From contig OX597827.1 in the NCBI GenBank assembly GCA_951406725.2, positions 51,708,001 through 51,772,000 on the forward strand: a stretch of 64,000 bases of DNA, in the 5' to 3' direction. Source of the stretch: Octopus vulgaris. Its lineage: Eukaryota. The notes under the pieces are model-generated. The model was not told the origin of the DNA and did not search any database. It worked only from the letters and a program-made list of their open reading frames with translations. Position 1 is the stretch's first letter. Every line of letters starts with the position of its first letter. Of the stretch, positions 13,051 to 26,459 are shown piece after piece. Made by a program: the position numbers and the translations under genes.

Positions 13051-13626
13051 GTTTTAGAGAAGCAGGAGGTCAGTGGGCGCTTTCTGTCTTCTCCCATCTT
13101 TATCATTTTTGTATCATAATCATTCACCTCTTCAATGTCTATGTCCAGCCCACAAAGCTACCTTATCTATGTGCTGCCTCCAGGGCAAATTTAATGAATA
13201 AAAGAGAGAAGGGTAGGTAGAAAACATCTGTGAAGATTTGGAAGAGTTGATCGGAGAGCATGCATGATTTGGAGAGGTTAGAGGGATACTAGCAGTCAGA
13301 TAGTAATGATGATACCATTAACAAAGGGAGACGAGAGATGACATATCTGGGTAGACTGTAGGAGCAGAGTAGAGTTAGACAGACATAAAGTGCATGAGGA
13401 GAGACAATTTGATGGTTTAGGGAGGGGTGGATGAGATGGCCACTGTAATGTGTTGATGTGAAAAAAATATTAATGGATGAAGAATGGCTATCAAGTGAGA
13501 TATGTTTCTGGATAGCCAGAGAGAAAAGTAATATTGGGAAGAGAGAAGAGCTGTAATGGGAAGGGCAATGTGCAAAGGGAATTGATTGACTGATTGAGAT
13601 GCTCATGAATATATATATATATTCAT

Positions 13627-14028
13627 GCACAGGAGTAGCTGTGTGTTAAGTAGCTTGCTTACTAACCACATGGTTCCAGGTTCATTACCACTGCGTGGCA
13701 CCTTGGGCAAGTGTCTTCTACTATAGCCTTGGGCTGACCAAAGCCTTGTGTGTGGATTTGGTCGATGGAAACTGAAAGAAGCCTGACGTATATATGTGTA
13801 TATATATGTGTGTATGTTTATATGTTTGTGTTTGTCCCCCAACATCACTTGACAATCGATGGTGGTGTGTTTACGTCCTCCGTAAATTAGCGGTTCGGCA
13901 AAAGAGACTGATAGAATAAGTACTGGTCTTACAAAGAATAAGTCCTGGGGTTGATTTGCTCAACTAAAGGCGGTGCTCCAGCATGGCCACTGTCAAATGA
14001 CTGAAACAAGTAAAAGAGTAAAAGAGTA
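13627..14028 (+). mobile_element. Octopus-type tRNA-derived SINE, family A
   Basis: Head ggagtRgctgtgtg.taagtagcttgc, internal (TA/TG) run and (gtaaaaga)n tail; several copies in the window. Confidence 0.85.
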
Positions 14029-14038
14029 TATATATATA

Positions 14039-14460
14039 GGCGCAGGAGTGGCTGTGTGGTAAGTAGCTTGTTTACCAACCACATGGTTCCGGGTTTAGTC
14101 CCACTGCGTGGCACCTTGGGCAAGTGTCTTCTACTATAGTCTCGGACTGACCAAAGCCTTGTGAGTGGATTTGGTAGATGGAAACTGAAAGAAGCCCGTC
14201 ATATATATGTATATATATATATATGCGTGTGTGTGTTTGTGCGTCTGTGTTTGTCCCCCTAGCATTGCTTGACAACCGATGCTGGTGTGTTTATGTCCCT
14301 GTTACTTAGTGGTTTGGCAAAAGAGACCGATAGAATAAGTACTGGGCTTACAAAAGAATAAGTCCCGGGGTCGAGTTGCTTGATTAAAGGCGGTGCTCCA
14401 GCATGGCCGCAGTCAAATGACTGAAACAAGTAAAAGAGTAAAAGAGAGAGTAAAAGAGTA
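14039..14460 (+). mobile_element. SINE family A, second copy in tandem
   Basis: Colinear with 13627-14028. Confidence 0.85.
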
Positions 14461-14559
14461 TATATATATATATATTCAGCAATGTAATTACACATGTTTC
14501 ATTGGCAATTTCTTCTTCTCTTTTCATATGAAGACCTGTGCTTGAAATGTTAAACTTAT

Positions 14560-15140
14560 ACACTTAATTATTGGCACTCATTGTCAAAAATGAGTTTTTA
14601 TTGAATTTCTTGCTAAAATTTGTGGCTACATAAATAATTTTTGACCAATGTAGTTGTAATTTTTTAAGAAGCACCAAACAAATGTTGAATTTCCAAAACA
14701 ATTTATTTCTAATGATCAAAACAGAAACACAAAATAATTTGATGATTCAAAATCATTGGCACCTCTGCAACATTTGATGATTAACAATCAATAATATATC
14801 CTTTATGTTTAATAACTCCCTTCAATCTGTGAAGGTAGTTTTCAATTAGCTTCAGGCACAGATCAGAAGGAATTTTAGCTAATTCTTCAATTACATATTC
14901 TTCCAGCTGCTTCGAATTAGATGGCCTCATTGCTGTAACTCTTTAGTTCCAACCATACATTTTTTATATGGTTTAAGTCAGGACTTTGAGCTGACCATGA
15001 TACATCTATCATGTTTTCTGTCAACCAATCTTGGATTAAAAGTGAGGTATTCTTGGGATCATTGTCCTGCATCAAGGTCCAGCGGCATTGTGATCCTGGT
15101 TGCTTCACCAATGACTTCAGGCTTTCATTCAAAACATCAA
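14560..15140 (-). mobile_element. Tc1-like transposon 3' fragment
   Basis: QDNDPKN...WSAQSPDLNHIKNVWLELK corresponds to the Tc1 QDNDPKH/WPSQSPDLNPIENLW motifs. Confidence 0.8.
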
Positions 15141-16615
15141 GATATGAGGGGAATGCAGCAGGTAATGAACATGAGTGGGGAGAAAGGAGGTATTAGAAAG
15201 ATGGGTTGTGGGGATGGTTTGTTAGGGAACAAATCGTGTGCAAGGGGGGATACATGGACATAAAGCCTTTATGACTTCGATTTTACTTAGCTGGGTAGAT
15301 CTTCTCAAGCACAGCAAATCACCAATTGTTTTGGTCCTTTGTCTTCTCCTCTGTGAAGCTCAACATCTGAAGATCATTTCTCACAACTTTGTCTCATATC
15401 TTCCTGGGTCTTACTCCTTAAAGCAACAAGCTGACAGACTTATTAGTATGCCAAACAAAATGCTTCATTGCATTTCATATTTCTTTACGTTTTGAGTTCA
15501 AATTCCACCAAGGTGAACTTTGCCCTTCATCCTTTTGGGGTTGATGAAATAGGCATCACTTGAATACTTGGGTCAATGTGATCCTCCACCAAAATTTCAG
15601 ACCTTGTGCTTAGAGTAGAAAGGACATAATGATATAATTTGAGTATTGTTGCATATATAATAATATAGCAATACTCTTGAGGTCAAATGCCAGTGAAACC
15701 ATTGTAAATTTATATAATAAAATTATTTGTTTACTCCACCACTCTCCTTGATAATAATTGTGTGTGTGTGTGAGACAGGCTTCTTTCAGTTTCTGTTTAT
15801 CAAACCCTTTACATGAGACTTTGGTGAACCTATGGCTATAAGAGAAATGAATTACTGAATGGGATTGAAATTGAAACCATGTGGTTGAGAAGCAAACTTC
15901 TTAACCACAGTCATGCCTCTGTATCTATATTTGGAAAAAAGTTTTTATATGAATAATTATTGCCCCTGGGCTTTTTGGTCAGTGGTGCTGCATGAGTTTT
16001 TCAAGTGATCTATGTCTGTTGAGACATATTGGTGTGTCTCTTGGTTTAACATGAAAATATAATTCTTTGTGCTACAGAGTGTCAAGAGTCCAAGCATGAG
16101 TGCCTGAAGTAGAGGAATGTGATGAATGAAACATGAAATATGGCAGCTGTAAAGAAGGCTGGCATTGTTTGTAGGAAGTTGTTGTGTGATTTTTTTCAGG
16201 CGGAACATCATCTCTGTATTGCCATACTGGCTTAAGATAGATGCATGCCTGGTCATGATTGATGAATTATTGACTCAGAAAGTCCCTACGTGTTCTGTCA
16301 TGGCTGGTTGCTAAGAGGCAGTGAGCTATGTGCTGATAACAGCCAGAGATAAACTATGAATCGATTCTAATATGATGATAAATAATTGAAAAATGTATTC
16401 AGTGATGTTGTATCTGCTAAACTTGTTGTGTTAGTAAATGCCACCATTTCCTCAAGCGTTTTGTGTTTTGTTTGATGGAATAAGAAAAGGTGAAGAAAAC
16501 ATGTTTTTGATGTGTAACAATTATTTCTGAATTCCATTATTAATGGTTTCAAATTTTGGCACAAAGCCAGCAAGTTCAGGGAGTGGGGTAAGTTGATTAC
16601 ATCGACCCCAGTGTT

Positions 16616-16900
16616 CATCATCATCATCGTCATCATTTAACAGCTGTTGCCCATGCTGGGTTGGCACGCTGGAAGGCTGCACCTGGCTCCAGTCTGATGT
16701 AGCATTGTTTTCTACAGCTGGATGCCCTTCCTAACACCAACCACTCCAAGAGTGTAACGGGAGCTTTTATGTGCTACCAACACAGGTGCCATTTACATGA
16801 CACCAGGGTACTTTTATGTGACACCAGGACAGGTGCCAATTTGCGTGACACCAGTATCTGCCATGACAGCGATTTTGCTCAGTTTGATGGGTCTTCTTCT
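16616..16900 (-). mobile_element. RTE 3'-end copy
   Basis: (cat)n tail followed by the reverse complement of the 4520-4700 motif. Confidence 0.75.
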
Positions 16901-17039
16901 CTGAAAGAATGAAAAGCAAAGTCAACCTTGGCAGAATTTCAACTTTGAACATAAAAACAAATGAAATGCTAAAATTTTGTCCAGAGTGCTAACGATTCTT
17001 CCAGCTCGCCATCTTAATAATAATAATAATAATAATAAA

Positions 17040-17252
17040 CCTTTCTACAATAGGCACAAAGCCTGAAATTTGTGGGGAGGGGGTAAGTTGATCACATTGA
17101 CCCCAGTTCTTGACTGGTACTTAATTCATCAACTCCGAAAAGATGAAAGGCAAGGTTGACCTCAGCAGAATTTGAACTCAGAACATAAAGACAGGTGAAA
17201 TACTGTTAAACATTTTGTCCAGCATGCTATCAATTCTGCCAGCTTACCACCT

Positions 17253-17253
<1 letters not shown>
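17040..17253 (-). mobile_element. SINE family B-related copy flanked by (AAT)n
   Basis: gaaaggcaagg...gaatttgaactcagaac core shared with the family B copies. Confidence 0.75.
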
Positions 17254-17317
<64 letters not shown>

Positions 17318-17349
17318 CCTCCTTCTCCTATCGGCATATGGCCTGAATA

Positions 17350-17376
17350 TTATTATCATTATTATTATTATTATTA

Positions 17377-17435
<59 letters not shown>

Positions 17436-17571
17436 GCTGAGGTCCACTTTGCCTTTCATCCTTTCGAGGTCAATAGAATAAGTACCAGTTAAGTACTTAC
17501 ATTGACCCCAGTACTTAACTGGTACTTATTCTATTGACCCCGAAAGGATGAAAGGCAAAGTGGACCTCAGC

Positions 17572-17618
<47 letters not shown>

Positions 17619-17713
17619 TGATAATAATAATAATAGTAATAATAATGATAGTAATAATAATGATAATAATAATAATGATAGTAATAATGATAATAATAAT
17701 AATAAAAATAATG

Positions 17714-17747
<34 letters not shown>

Positions 17748-17760
17748 TAATAATAATAAT
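17350..17760. repeat. Foldback: (ATT)n, 62-bp inverted repeat, (AAT)n
   Basis: Arms 17436-17497 and 17510-17571 with one mismatch and a 12-nt loop, extended by complementary microsatellites. Confidence 0.92.
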
Positions 17761-18033
17761 ACAAGCAAGCTTTCAAACTAAAGAGCACGCTACAGTCGGA
17801 AAGATAAAGATGTATTTTAAGGTCTACGATTTCTTATTTTCCCATTAAAAAAAAGTTGACTTAGCTCTGCTTGACCATTATAAAACACAAACAGAAATTG
17901 CCAAAATAAGGAATTACAACATTAAATAAATTTCCAAAAAAAATTAATAAAAAATCGGAAGCTTTCAAACATGAAATTGATGTATTCTTATCAGTATGTA
18001 TGCACCTGTTGTTTTTGTTTGCTGACATGCAGA

Positions 18034-18036
<3 letters not shown>

Positions 18037-18100
<64 letters not shown>
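18037..18100. repeat. (GA)n microsatellite
   Basis: Direct read. Confidence 0.97.
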
Positions 18101-18104
<4 letters not shown>

Positions 18105-18900
18105 GTGAGTGAGAGTTAATGTGCATTGCACTGATAAAGCCGAATGACCAGCTATTGGCCACAGGCTGCTGCTACTCTGATCTAAATCTAAGCTGCAGCC
18201 CTAATGAATGCTGCAGAAGAGGTTTGAAGTGATGCTACTGAATGGTTATTGATTGGTCAGTTACAGCCAACCAAAAACTGAGTGAAACTACCTTGTTGAT
18301 TTCTGTTTGGTTGGTTATCATTTTTGATCAAAACTAGATCTTTTTTAGTTAGTCATTAGAATTACTGTCAACAGGTGTGTAGCAACTAGACAAGGCCAAA
18401 TTGTATGTTAGTTGTTATTTTCGTGTAGTTAAGTATGTGTGTGTGTGTACTTGATTATGAGCAGGACAAGAAACAAACAGAAACAAGTATGGAAGGCTGA
18501 TCGTGACATACTCAAATTATATGAAGCTATACAGTCTGAGTTGGCAATATATACATTGCATACTTGCTAAAGCTATAAAAAGTAATTAACAATTATGAAG
18601 CGTGAATGATTTCCAGTTCATTAAAAAATGATCATTTAACATATAAAATTCAAGGTATTGTGTTAGAAACAGATGTTAAGCAGTCACAGCTTGCCTCTAC
18701 CATTCAACTTCAATGTACTTTTTGTAATAACTAATGTCATACAATATTTATACTCATGTATCAGGAATGAATCTTTAATATGCATTAAATATGTTGTAAA
18801 GGCAGAATGATTTGTACCGTTACCATTATGTTTTTAATCTTGAAACTGTTATCAATATTGAATATTACATATAATCAAATGTGCTTACAATCTATATGTA

Positions 18901-19390
18901 TCATCATCATCATCATCATCATCATCATCGTTTAACCCTTTAGTGTTCACATTATTCTACCAAAACTAATGCTTCTTCATCCACATTGTTTTGAACTAAT
19001 CCTGCATTATCTTGTAGCTATGAGATTTTGATGAGGTAGCTGTTAATTTTTAAGATGATATTGTAGGATTGGTGTAAGAGACCAGATATGGCCAGTTTGA
19101 ACATAAAACAAACAAAATACTTTTGGCCGGATATGGCCGGTTTAAATGCTAAAGGGTTAACGTCCGTTTTCCATGCTAGCATGGGTTGGACGGTTCAACT
19201 GGGGTCTGGGAAGCCAGTAGGCTGCGCCAGGCCCAGTCTGATCTGGCAGTGTTTCTACAGCTGGATGCCCTTCCGAACGCCAACCACTCCGTGAGTGTAG
19301 TGGGTGCTTTTTACATGCCACCTGCACAGGTGCCAGATGAGGCTGGCAAACGACCATGATTGGATGGTGCCTTTTACGTGCCACTGGCAC
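18901..19390 (-). mobile_element. RTE 3'-end copy, split by the MITE
   Basis: Reverse complement of the 4520-4700 motif with (cat)n tail. Confidence 0.85.
18936..19156. mobile_element. TTAA-specific (piggyBac-type) MITE inserted in an RTE tail
   Basis: ttaa|CCCTTTAG...CTAAAGGG|ttaa. Removing it restores catcgtttaacgtccg of the RTE 3' end. Confidence 0.88.
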
Positions 19391-20057
19391 GAATGTATTT
19401 AGTTTTTATCTCAAGTTTAATTTCATTTGTGCACTAGTCTTCTGTGTGAAGACAGGCAATCAAAAGAATAGATCCAATGTTCCCTGTGTTGCATGTCGTA
19501 AAAGGCAACTAAAAGAGGTTGAGGTAGGAATTGCATGCAACGTGGAGACTAGCATGCCAAAGAATAGACCCAATGTTTCCTCTGCATGTCATAAACAACA
19601 ACTAAAAGAGGTTGAGATAGGGTTTGCCCTCTGATTTTGTAAAACTGTCACCAATAGTGACTATCATAACAGACCCATCAAGTTCTCTCCTCCAGGGAAG
19701 TACTTTGACTGCCTATAAGGTGTGTCATTTGAAGTGTTGGAACGCTTGGAAAGCCATCAGGAATGCCATCTGTCAAATAGGGAAAATCCAGAGATCAGGT
19801 CAGGTTGGGTTGGTTGGGTTGTCACCTGAGCAGTGCAGAAGTGTCATCTACCACAGTTAGGAATTCTTGGTTCAACATGAAGTGGCCTGTTTGCATGGGG
19901 ATCTGAAATGTTCTCTCTTTGAGGGATAACTCCCTTCTGCCCCTGATATCTTTGTAACTTCGCTGTGGCAGCCCTATTGGAGGTGTGTTGGCTAGGGGGG
20001 GGGTAGTGGCTGCACCTACTAAATACATACCCACATACACACATACATACATACATG

Positions 20058-20286
20058 TTTCGTTACTACCCACAAGGGGCTAAACACAGAGGGGACGAAC
20101 AAGGACAGACAAACGAATTAAGTCGATTACATCGACCCCAGTGCATAACTGGTACTTAATTTATCGACCCCGAAAGGATGAAAGGTAAAGTCGACCTCGG
20201 TGGAATTTGAACTCAGAACATAACGGCAGCCGAAATACTGCTATACATTCCGGCCGGCGTGCTAACATTTCTGCCAGCTCACCGCC
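20058..20286 (-). mobile_element. SINE family B
   Basis: cccacaaggggctaaacacagag...gaatttgaactcagaac...ctgccagctcaccgcc; near-identical copies at 30025, 58491, 60433 and 63470. Confidence 0.85.
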
Positions 20287-21474
20287 TGTCAGCATGTGTG
20301 TGTGTTTATTCAGATGTTTAGATATATAGACAAGGGAAATGGTAATTAATACAAGAAATAATTTTATTTATTTACTTACTCAAAATTAAATGGAAAACAA
20401 ATGAAACCCTGATCTTACTTTAGTGTGTGTGTGTGTGTGTAAAACAAAGACAAAGGTAGGTAGAGGAAGGTAGTAAGCAGGGTACTGATTAATATTTATT
20501 GCTTTGTAATAAGTGTTGGTAATCCTGGAATGAGGAGATCTGTCTGATTCATTTCATGACCTAGGTTAAGAGGATTTAGGTTAATTCTTAATTAAAGAAA
20601 GTAGCTAAATGTGTTCATACTAATTATTACATGACAACTGTGTGCAAATGCAAATATATGTATATATATATGTATGTGTCTATAACTTTGTTTACTCATC
20701 TATTCTTGTTGATATACCTCTGTGTTTAAACATGTTAGTGTGTGTATGTGTGTGGGTGTGTGTCTGTGCACGTGTGTGTGTGTTTGTACGTGTGTGTTTG
20801 TATACAATTGTTGCTGGGTCATTAGAACTGTAACTAAATTCATTTGAATGGAAATGATAGCTATAAAAGCATAAGAGAGTGGAAATGTTAATTGGAATGT
20901 TGTGAAAAATAAAATCAACATTAGTACTTTTACCATCACCATTCTGTAACGTTGAGACTCTCATTCATCACTGGCCACATTTCTGTGGTTTATTAAAGAG
21001 AATATAGGGGAAAGTTGGGCTTTCATCTCTAGTAAGCATTGTTGGGGTGATGAAGATTGATATTGAGGTTAGTACTGAAGATCGCAATGATAATAGAAGT
21101 GTTATTTATAATAGTAATGATTGTTTAGGATAATGATAAACAGAGAAAAAGTGACATCAATGAAGTCTTAATACTATCAACATTCTTGCTGTTCAAAACA
21201 AAGTGGCAAATGATGGTATATTTGGTGGTCTATGAAAATTTTATTACTTGTGGTAGCTGTTAAAATGTCATGATCTAATAAATGTGTATACCTAGTGACT
21301 GGTGATGTATGAAAACTCTATCACTAATGCTGTCACTAAGAGCTCTTGACTACACTTCCTAACGGAATTAGGGAGAGAGGGGGAAATTACTGATTGGAGA
21401 AGTTTATACTACTCAGTGTTCATTAATGAAATATTTTTGTGTTATTTCAGGGTCTTGCAATTCTAATTAGACTC

Positions 21475-21761
21475 CGATCTTGGCTGTTGCCAGCCTCACC
21501 TGGCCTCCGTGCCAGTGGCACGTAAAAAGCACCATCCGATCATGGTTGTCTGCCAGCCTCGTCTGGCACCTGTGCCGGTGGCATGTAAAAAGCACCCACT
21601 ACACTCATGGAGTGGTTGGCGTTAGGAAGGGCATCCAGCCATAGAAACATTGCCAGATCAGACTGGGCTTGGTGCAGCCTTCTGGCTTCCCAGACCCCAG
21701 GTGAACCGTCCAACCCATGCCAGTATGGAAAGTGGACGCTAAATGACAATGATGATGATGA
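21475..21761 (+). mobile_element. RTE 3'-end copy
   Basis: Same motif, ending in (gat)n. Confidence 0.8.
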
Positions 21762-22179
21762 TTTACTGATGAGGTCTAATAAATTTTAACTGGAGAATGG
21801 GTTACATCCTTGGTCTCTGTAGACTAAGTCTGAAACAATAGATTAGAATCTTGCTGATATACTTGTATCTGATGCTTGATAGATACAGAACGTTGGATCA
21901 AACTTACTGGCAAGGGCTGTATGAGTGCTCAGCTATTGAGTATAGATGTCAGGAGAGACTCAGAACTATACATATGCATTGTATTTTTTACATAGTTATT
22001 AATAAATAGCAAATATGACTAAATGCCTGATCACAACTAAAGGCAGAAGGAAATCTATCTGCAAGGATCTGGTATAATAGATGTTGATGTAAATGAAAAT
22101 ATGGTGATAATAACAAAAATAATGGTAATGTGCTAATGAAGATCATGTTGATAAGGATTATTACTCTTGTTCATTTCAG

Positions 22180-22255
22180 TTATCCCTCTTGGAGTTATTT
22201 CCTCAGGAAAGTGGTACAATAAATCCTGAAGAGCAAACATTGCCTGTATTGCCAG
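22180..22255 (+). CDS. SH3PXD2A: SH3PXD2-like PX exon (equivalent to exon 3)
   Basis: tttcag|TTA...CCAG|gtaaag; 76 nt, phase 0/1. Translates LSLLELFPQESGTINPEEQTLPVLP(G), the PX polyproline-loop region. Confidence 0.92.
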
Positions 22256-22701
22256 GTAAAGTATGTTACAATGTCAAGTAGATCAAGCATTTGATTAATG
22301 TTTTTTGATTTGAGGTTTTTTTTTTATTGTAGTATAATTTTGACCAAGAAATAACTATTTTTATCTTCATCAAAACCATACTAATTTGAAGCGGGTTATA
22401 ATCAATTAAAGTAATGCTCTTTTAACTAAAAACACACTTTGTTGACTCTACTTAGCAAACGCTTTTTAATCATAATATTAATAATATTAATAATATTGGC
22501 ACCAGGCTTGAAATTTTAGGGAGGGAGATAGTTGTTTATATTAACTCAAGTGCTTCACAAGTAGTCCTAGTAGTACTTTATCTTTATCAAATCTGAAAGG
22601 ATGAAAAGCAAAGCTAACTTCAGTGGGATTTGAACTCAGAATGTAAAGAGTTGGAAGAAATGCTACTGATGCTGCTGTTGCTGTTGCTGCTGCTGCTAAT
22701 G

Positions 22702-22732
<31 letters not shown>

Positions 22733-22734
22733 TA

Positions 22735-23121
22735 AATGGAAATCGATCAATGGAAATTGCAGATGTGTTACCAGTGCCGGTGGCATGTAAGAGAACCTTC
22801 TGTTTCGCAACCGTTGCCAGCACCGCCCCGTTTCGTGTCCGTTGCCAGCCTTGCCTGGCCCTCGTGCCGGTGGCACATAAAAAGCACCATCCGTTCGTGG
22901 CCGTTTGCCAGCTCTGTCTGGCACCTGTGCGGGTGGCACGTAAAAAGCACCCACTACACTCACGGAGTGGTTGGCGTTAGGAAGGGCATCCAGCCGTAGA
23001 AACACTGCCAGATTTGACTGGGCCTGATGAAGCCTTCTGGCTTCACAGACCCCTGTAGAACCGTCCAACCCATGCTAGCATGGAAAACGGACGCTAAACG
23101 ACGATGATGATGATGATGATG
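22735..23121 (+). mobile_element. RTE 3'-end copy (CpG-retaining, apparently young)
   Basis: Internal subrepeats gtggcacgtaaaaagcacc and a (gat)n tail. Confidence 0.85.
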
Positions 23122-24048
23122 AATAATATTCATATTCCCTTATTTTTATAATTCAGAACACCCAGCTTTGAGCTTAGTACTATGTTGCTTATTTACAGGA
23201 CCATAAACATCATGTTGTCCTGTGTAATGAAGGCAGACTGTCTTCATGAATTGTACATGTTGTCTCTGAAAATTTGCCTTTCCATCTTCAGTTTACTTCT
23301 TTTGTTGTTAGACAAGATGGTGATATCCTTGAGAAGAGATTCTTTGACTTCCATGTCATTAGTTTTGTGTTCTGAGAACAAGGCTAGTCTTTCAGCCATT
23401 CAGAGTCTGTGACAAGGTCACAACTCTGCTTACCAAATTCTTCTTGGTTGAAAGCGTTCAGAGGACCCTTACAGCCATGTGTGCAGCAGCTGGGGATTCA
23501 GTCTTGTATAATCAGTTTTTCTTTCCTCATCCTCAATGAACACAACTCTAGTATGGTTCTGAGGTCTTATAAAATCATTAGTTTTTATATGTACATTGAC
23601 ACCCTACCAAACAACGTTTTTGGTTACCTTGGCACTCATGACCAGCAAGTCTGGAGGCAGAGCATAAGTCACTTACATTAACCCACAGTGGTTGACTGGT
23701 TCTTACTTTATTGACCCCCAAAAAGATGAAAGGCGAAGTCGACCTTGTCACAATTTGAACTCAGAACATAAAGACAGATGAAATGCCACCAAGCAATTTG
23801 TCTGGCATGCTAACAATACTGCCAGCCTGCCACCTTTTTAATAATGTAGATATTAATAATAAAATAACAAAGCCCCTTCCTTGGATGAAAGACCATGTTT
23901 TTGTATTGTTTATGAAAATAGTTTAATTTTCATATTGCAATATATAAACATAATTTAACTTGGAAAGCTATAGCTAACACAGTTTTTGATAACAAAAATA
24001 ACAGTTATCATAATCTCTATGTCATTGTTATACAAACAACTCCCATTA

Positions 24049-24101
<53 letters not shown>

Positions 24102-25269
24102 CAAGTCTACTGTCTGCCATATGTGCTATTGCCATCAGGTTTATATTGGTTTATTATATTGCTGTAATAAACTAATATAAGGCCATTACTGTAAGAAATA
24201 TTGATTTCAAATTTTGGCATAATTGGGGGAGTGGGATTAAGTCAACTACATCAATCCCAGTATTCAGCTCGTACTTATTTTATCAACCCCAAAAGGATGC
24301 AAAGCAAAGTCAACCTCAGTAGAATTTGAACTCAGAAGTATGAAGACAGATGAAATGCCAATAAGCATTTTGTCTGGTGTACTAATGGTTTTGTCAGCTC
24401 ACTGCCTTATTAGTGTAAGAAATATTTAAAAAAAAAAACTCATCACACAAGTATTTCTTTTTTGCTACTGAGTCAAATTATCTTTCACCAACACAGATGT
24501 ATCTGCTTGGCTCACTTGGCTATAAGTGATATCATTGGATAGAATGGTTCACAACTATATACAACTGCTGTACTGAAAAGTCAATTGAGGGTTTTTTTAA
24601 AATTAAATTACAATACTGATTTTGGTGTCCCTCTTCTTTAGTTGAGCCCTAACAACATAGTTATATTTTCAATTTTATCATCAATACTTGAGAGCGAACT
24701 TTAAAATGACTGTAAGGGCCATAATGTTTGTCTTCTTACATAGGGTAGACCAGTTTGTAGTAAATGTCTGTATTCATCTCAATCATATGAAACCTCATTT
24801 AACTACTTTGTGTCAATTTTCTCAGGCTTCTACTACTTTCCATAGATTGTTTTTCAAACATCAGGCATCAGCTAGTCACATTCCCTTTCATGGGCTCCCA
24901 TGGTTCTCATGAATTGTGTTTGCCTCCTGTTTATGTGGTATTACACAGATGAGATACAGTCTTCCTCTGGACTGGCTGTTGGTGCCTGTATGGTGTCTGT
25001 TTTGGGAAATGATCATCATTACCATCAGCATCCCCATAATGATCCTCAACATCATTATTAAAGGAAGGATCAATAGCAAGGACATTGTCAATTTTCATGT
25101 TAATATTTTCATTATCATCATCATCATCATTATCATTGTCATCGTCGTTATTGCTCATTTCATTATTGACAGAATCTTTTCGACTACTATTACCATCATC
25201 GTTATTGTTGCTATATTATTCAGACAAATATTGAATCTATTCTTTACACATTTTGTTTTCTTTTTCCAG

Positions 25270-25346
25270 GAAAAATATTCTTTGGCCGCAGCCATGTCAG
25301 GGATGTTGCCCTCAAAAGACTTACCCCATTAGATAATTATTGTAAG
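25270..25346 (+). CDS. SH3PXD2A: SH3PXD2-like PX exon (equivalent to exon 4)
   Basis: ttccag|GA...TGTAAG|gtagat; 77 nt, phase 1/0. Translates [26 protein letters not shown], compared with Tks5 [26 protein letters not shown]. Confidence 0.94.
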
Positions 25347-25642
25347 GTAGATATCTACATTTTATTTCTTTTTTTTTTTTTTGTTAAATTTTCATATTCC
25401 TTGCTCATATTCTTGTCATTCTACTTCAGTTGCTATATAGATGAATTTACTGAATATTATCACTAAACAGTAGTACATTGAACTTTATTATCACATTTCA
25501 TATCACAGTACATTATCACATTACCACATTTATTACCACAGTACTTCATTATCACATTTCTGACTGACTTACCTAATTTCCATTTGTGCATTTCATATTA
25601 TTTCTTTCTCTTTTTATTTTTATCTTGTTTTCTCTTCCACAG

Positions 25643-25737
25643 CTGCTCACGAAACTTGAACCCAAAATTTCACAGTGCCATGCAGTTCTAACATTTTTCC
25701 AGTCATCAGCAGAAGATATCGCTGCAGTGACACAAAC
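25643..25737 (+). CDS. SH3PXD2A: SH3PXD2-like last PX exon (equivalent to exon 5)
   Basis: ccacag|CTG...CAAAC|gttagt; 95 nt, phase 0/2. Translates LLTKLEPKISQCHAVLTFFQSSAEDIAAVTQ(T). The 3' donor is inferred from phase compatibility with 51023. Confidence 0.85.
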
Positions 25738-26459
25738 GTTAGTATACAAGAATTTCATTCTTTTGCTGAAACATTAATACTTTTTAGCAGTCATAATAAT
25801 AATAATAATAACTATTCCTAACATTGACATAAGACTACAAATTTTTGCAGTAATGGATAATGAAAGGTTAAATCAGTTATTGATTACAGAGGAGTGAAGT
25901 ATAACTTTCTCCCTGGCAAATTTTGAATATGAGTCAAAAAGAGATGAAAATGATGTTCTTGTGTCATGTTCATCTCAAGTGTCGTTGAGTACATGTTATT
26001 ACTGATTTTAACCCAAGGTCAGTCCTGATTCAGTTGTATTATTATTATTGTAGTTGTTCTGACTCACAGTGCTCTGACTTTATAACACAAAAGGTCGCTC
26101 CTTTGAATGATAATAAATAGGTGGTGGAGAAATAGAATTGGTAAAGCATACCAATAGATATGTTGTAGTATATGCTACAATTCCATCTGTTCTGAATTCA
26201 CATCCCAACTCCTGTCACCAGAAAGAAAATTGAAAGTGACATTTCAGTAAGGAATTGTCACCAGCACATAACATCATCAAGTGAAAAACTAATGGAAACA
26301 CTGTTTCTTTGGTTCAGCTAAGAAAGTGGTTATGATGTAATTCAAGATTTATATTTATGTGTGTGTATATACATGTATATGTGTGTGTATAAATACACAT
26401 ATATATACACAAATATTTCTACTGTTGCTCCTCAACAACCAAACAAAAATCTTTCCTGA

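Noticed and set aside
17526-17848. Poly-N/L/Y/I ORFs
   Set aside because: (AAT)n microsatellite.
24916-25332. 138-aa hydrophobic ORF
   Set aside because: Low-complexity (ATC/ATT) sequence that overlaps the real exon 25270-25346 in the wrong frame.
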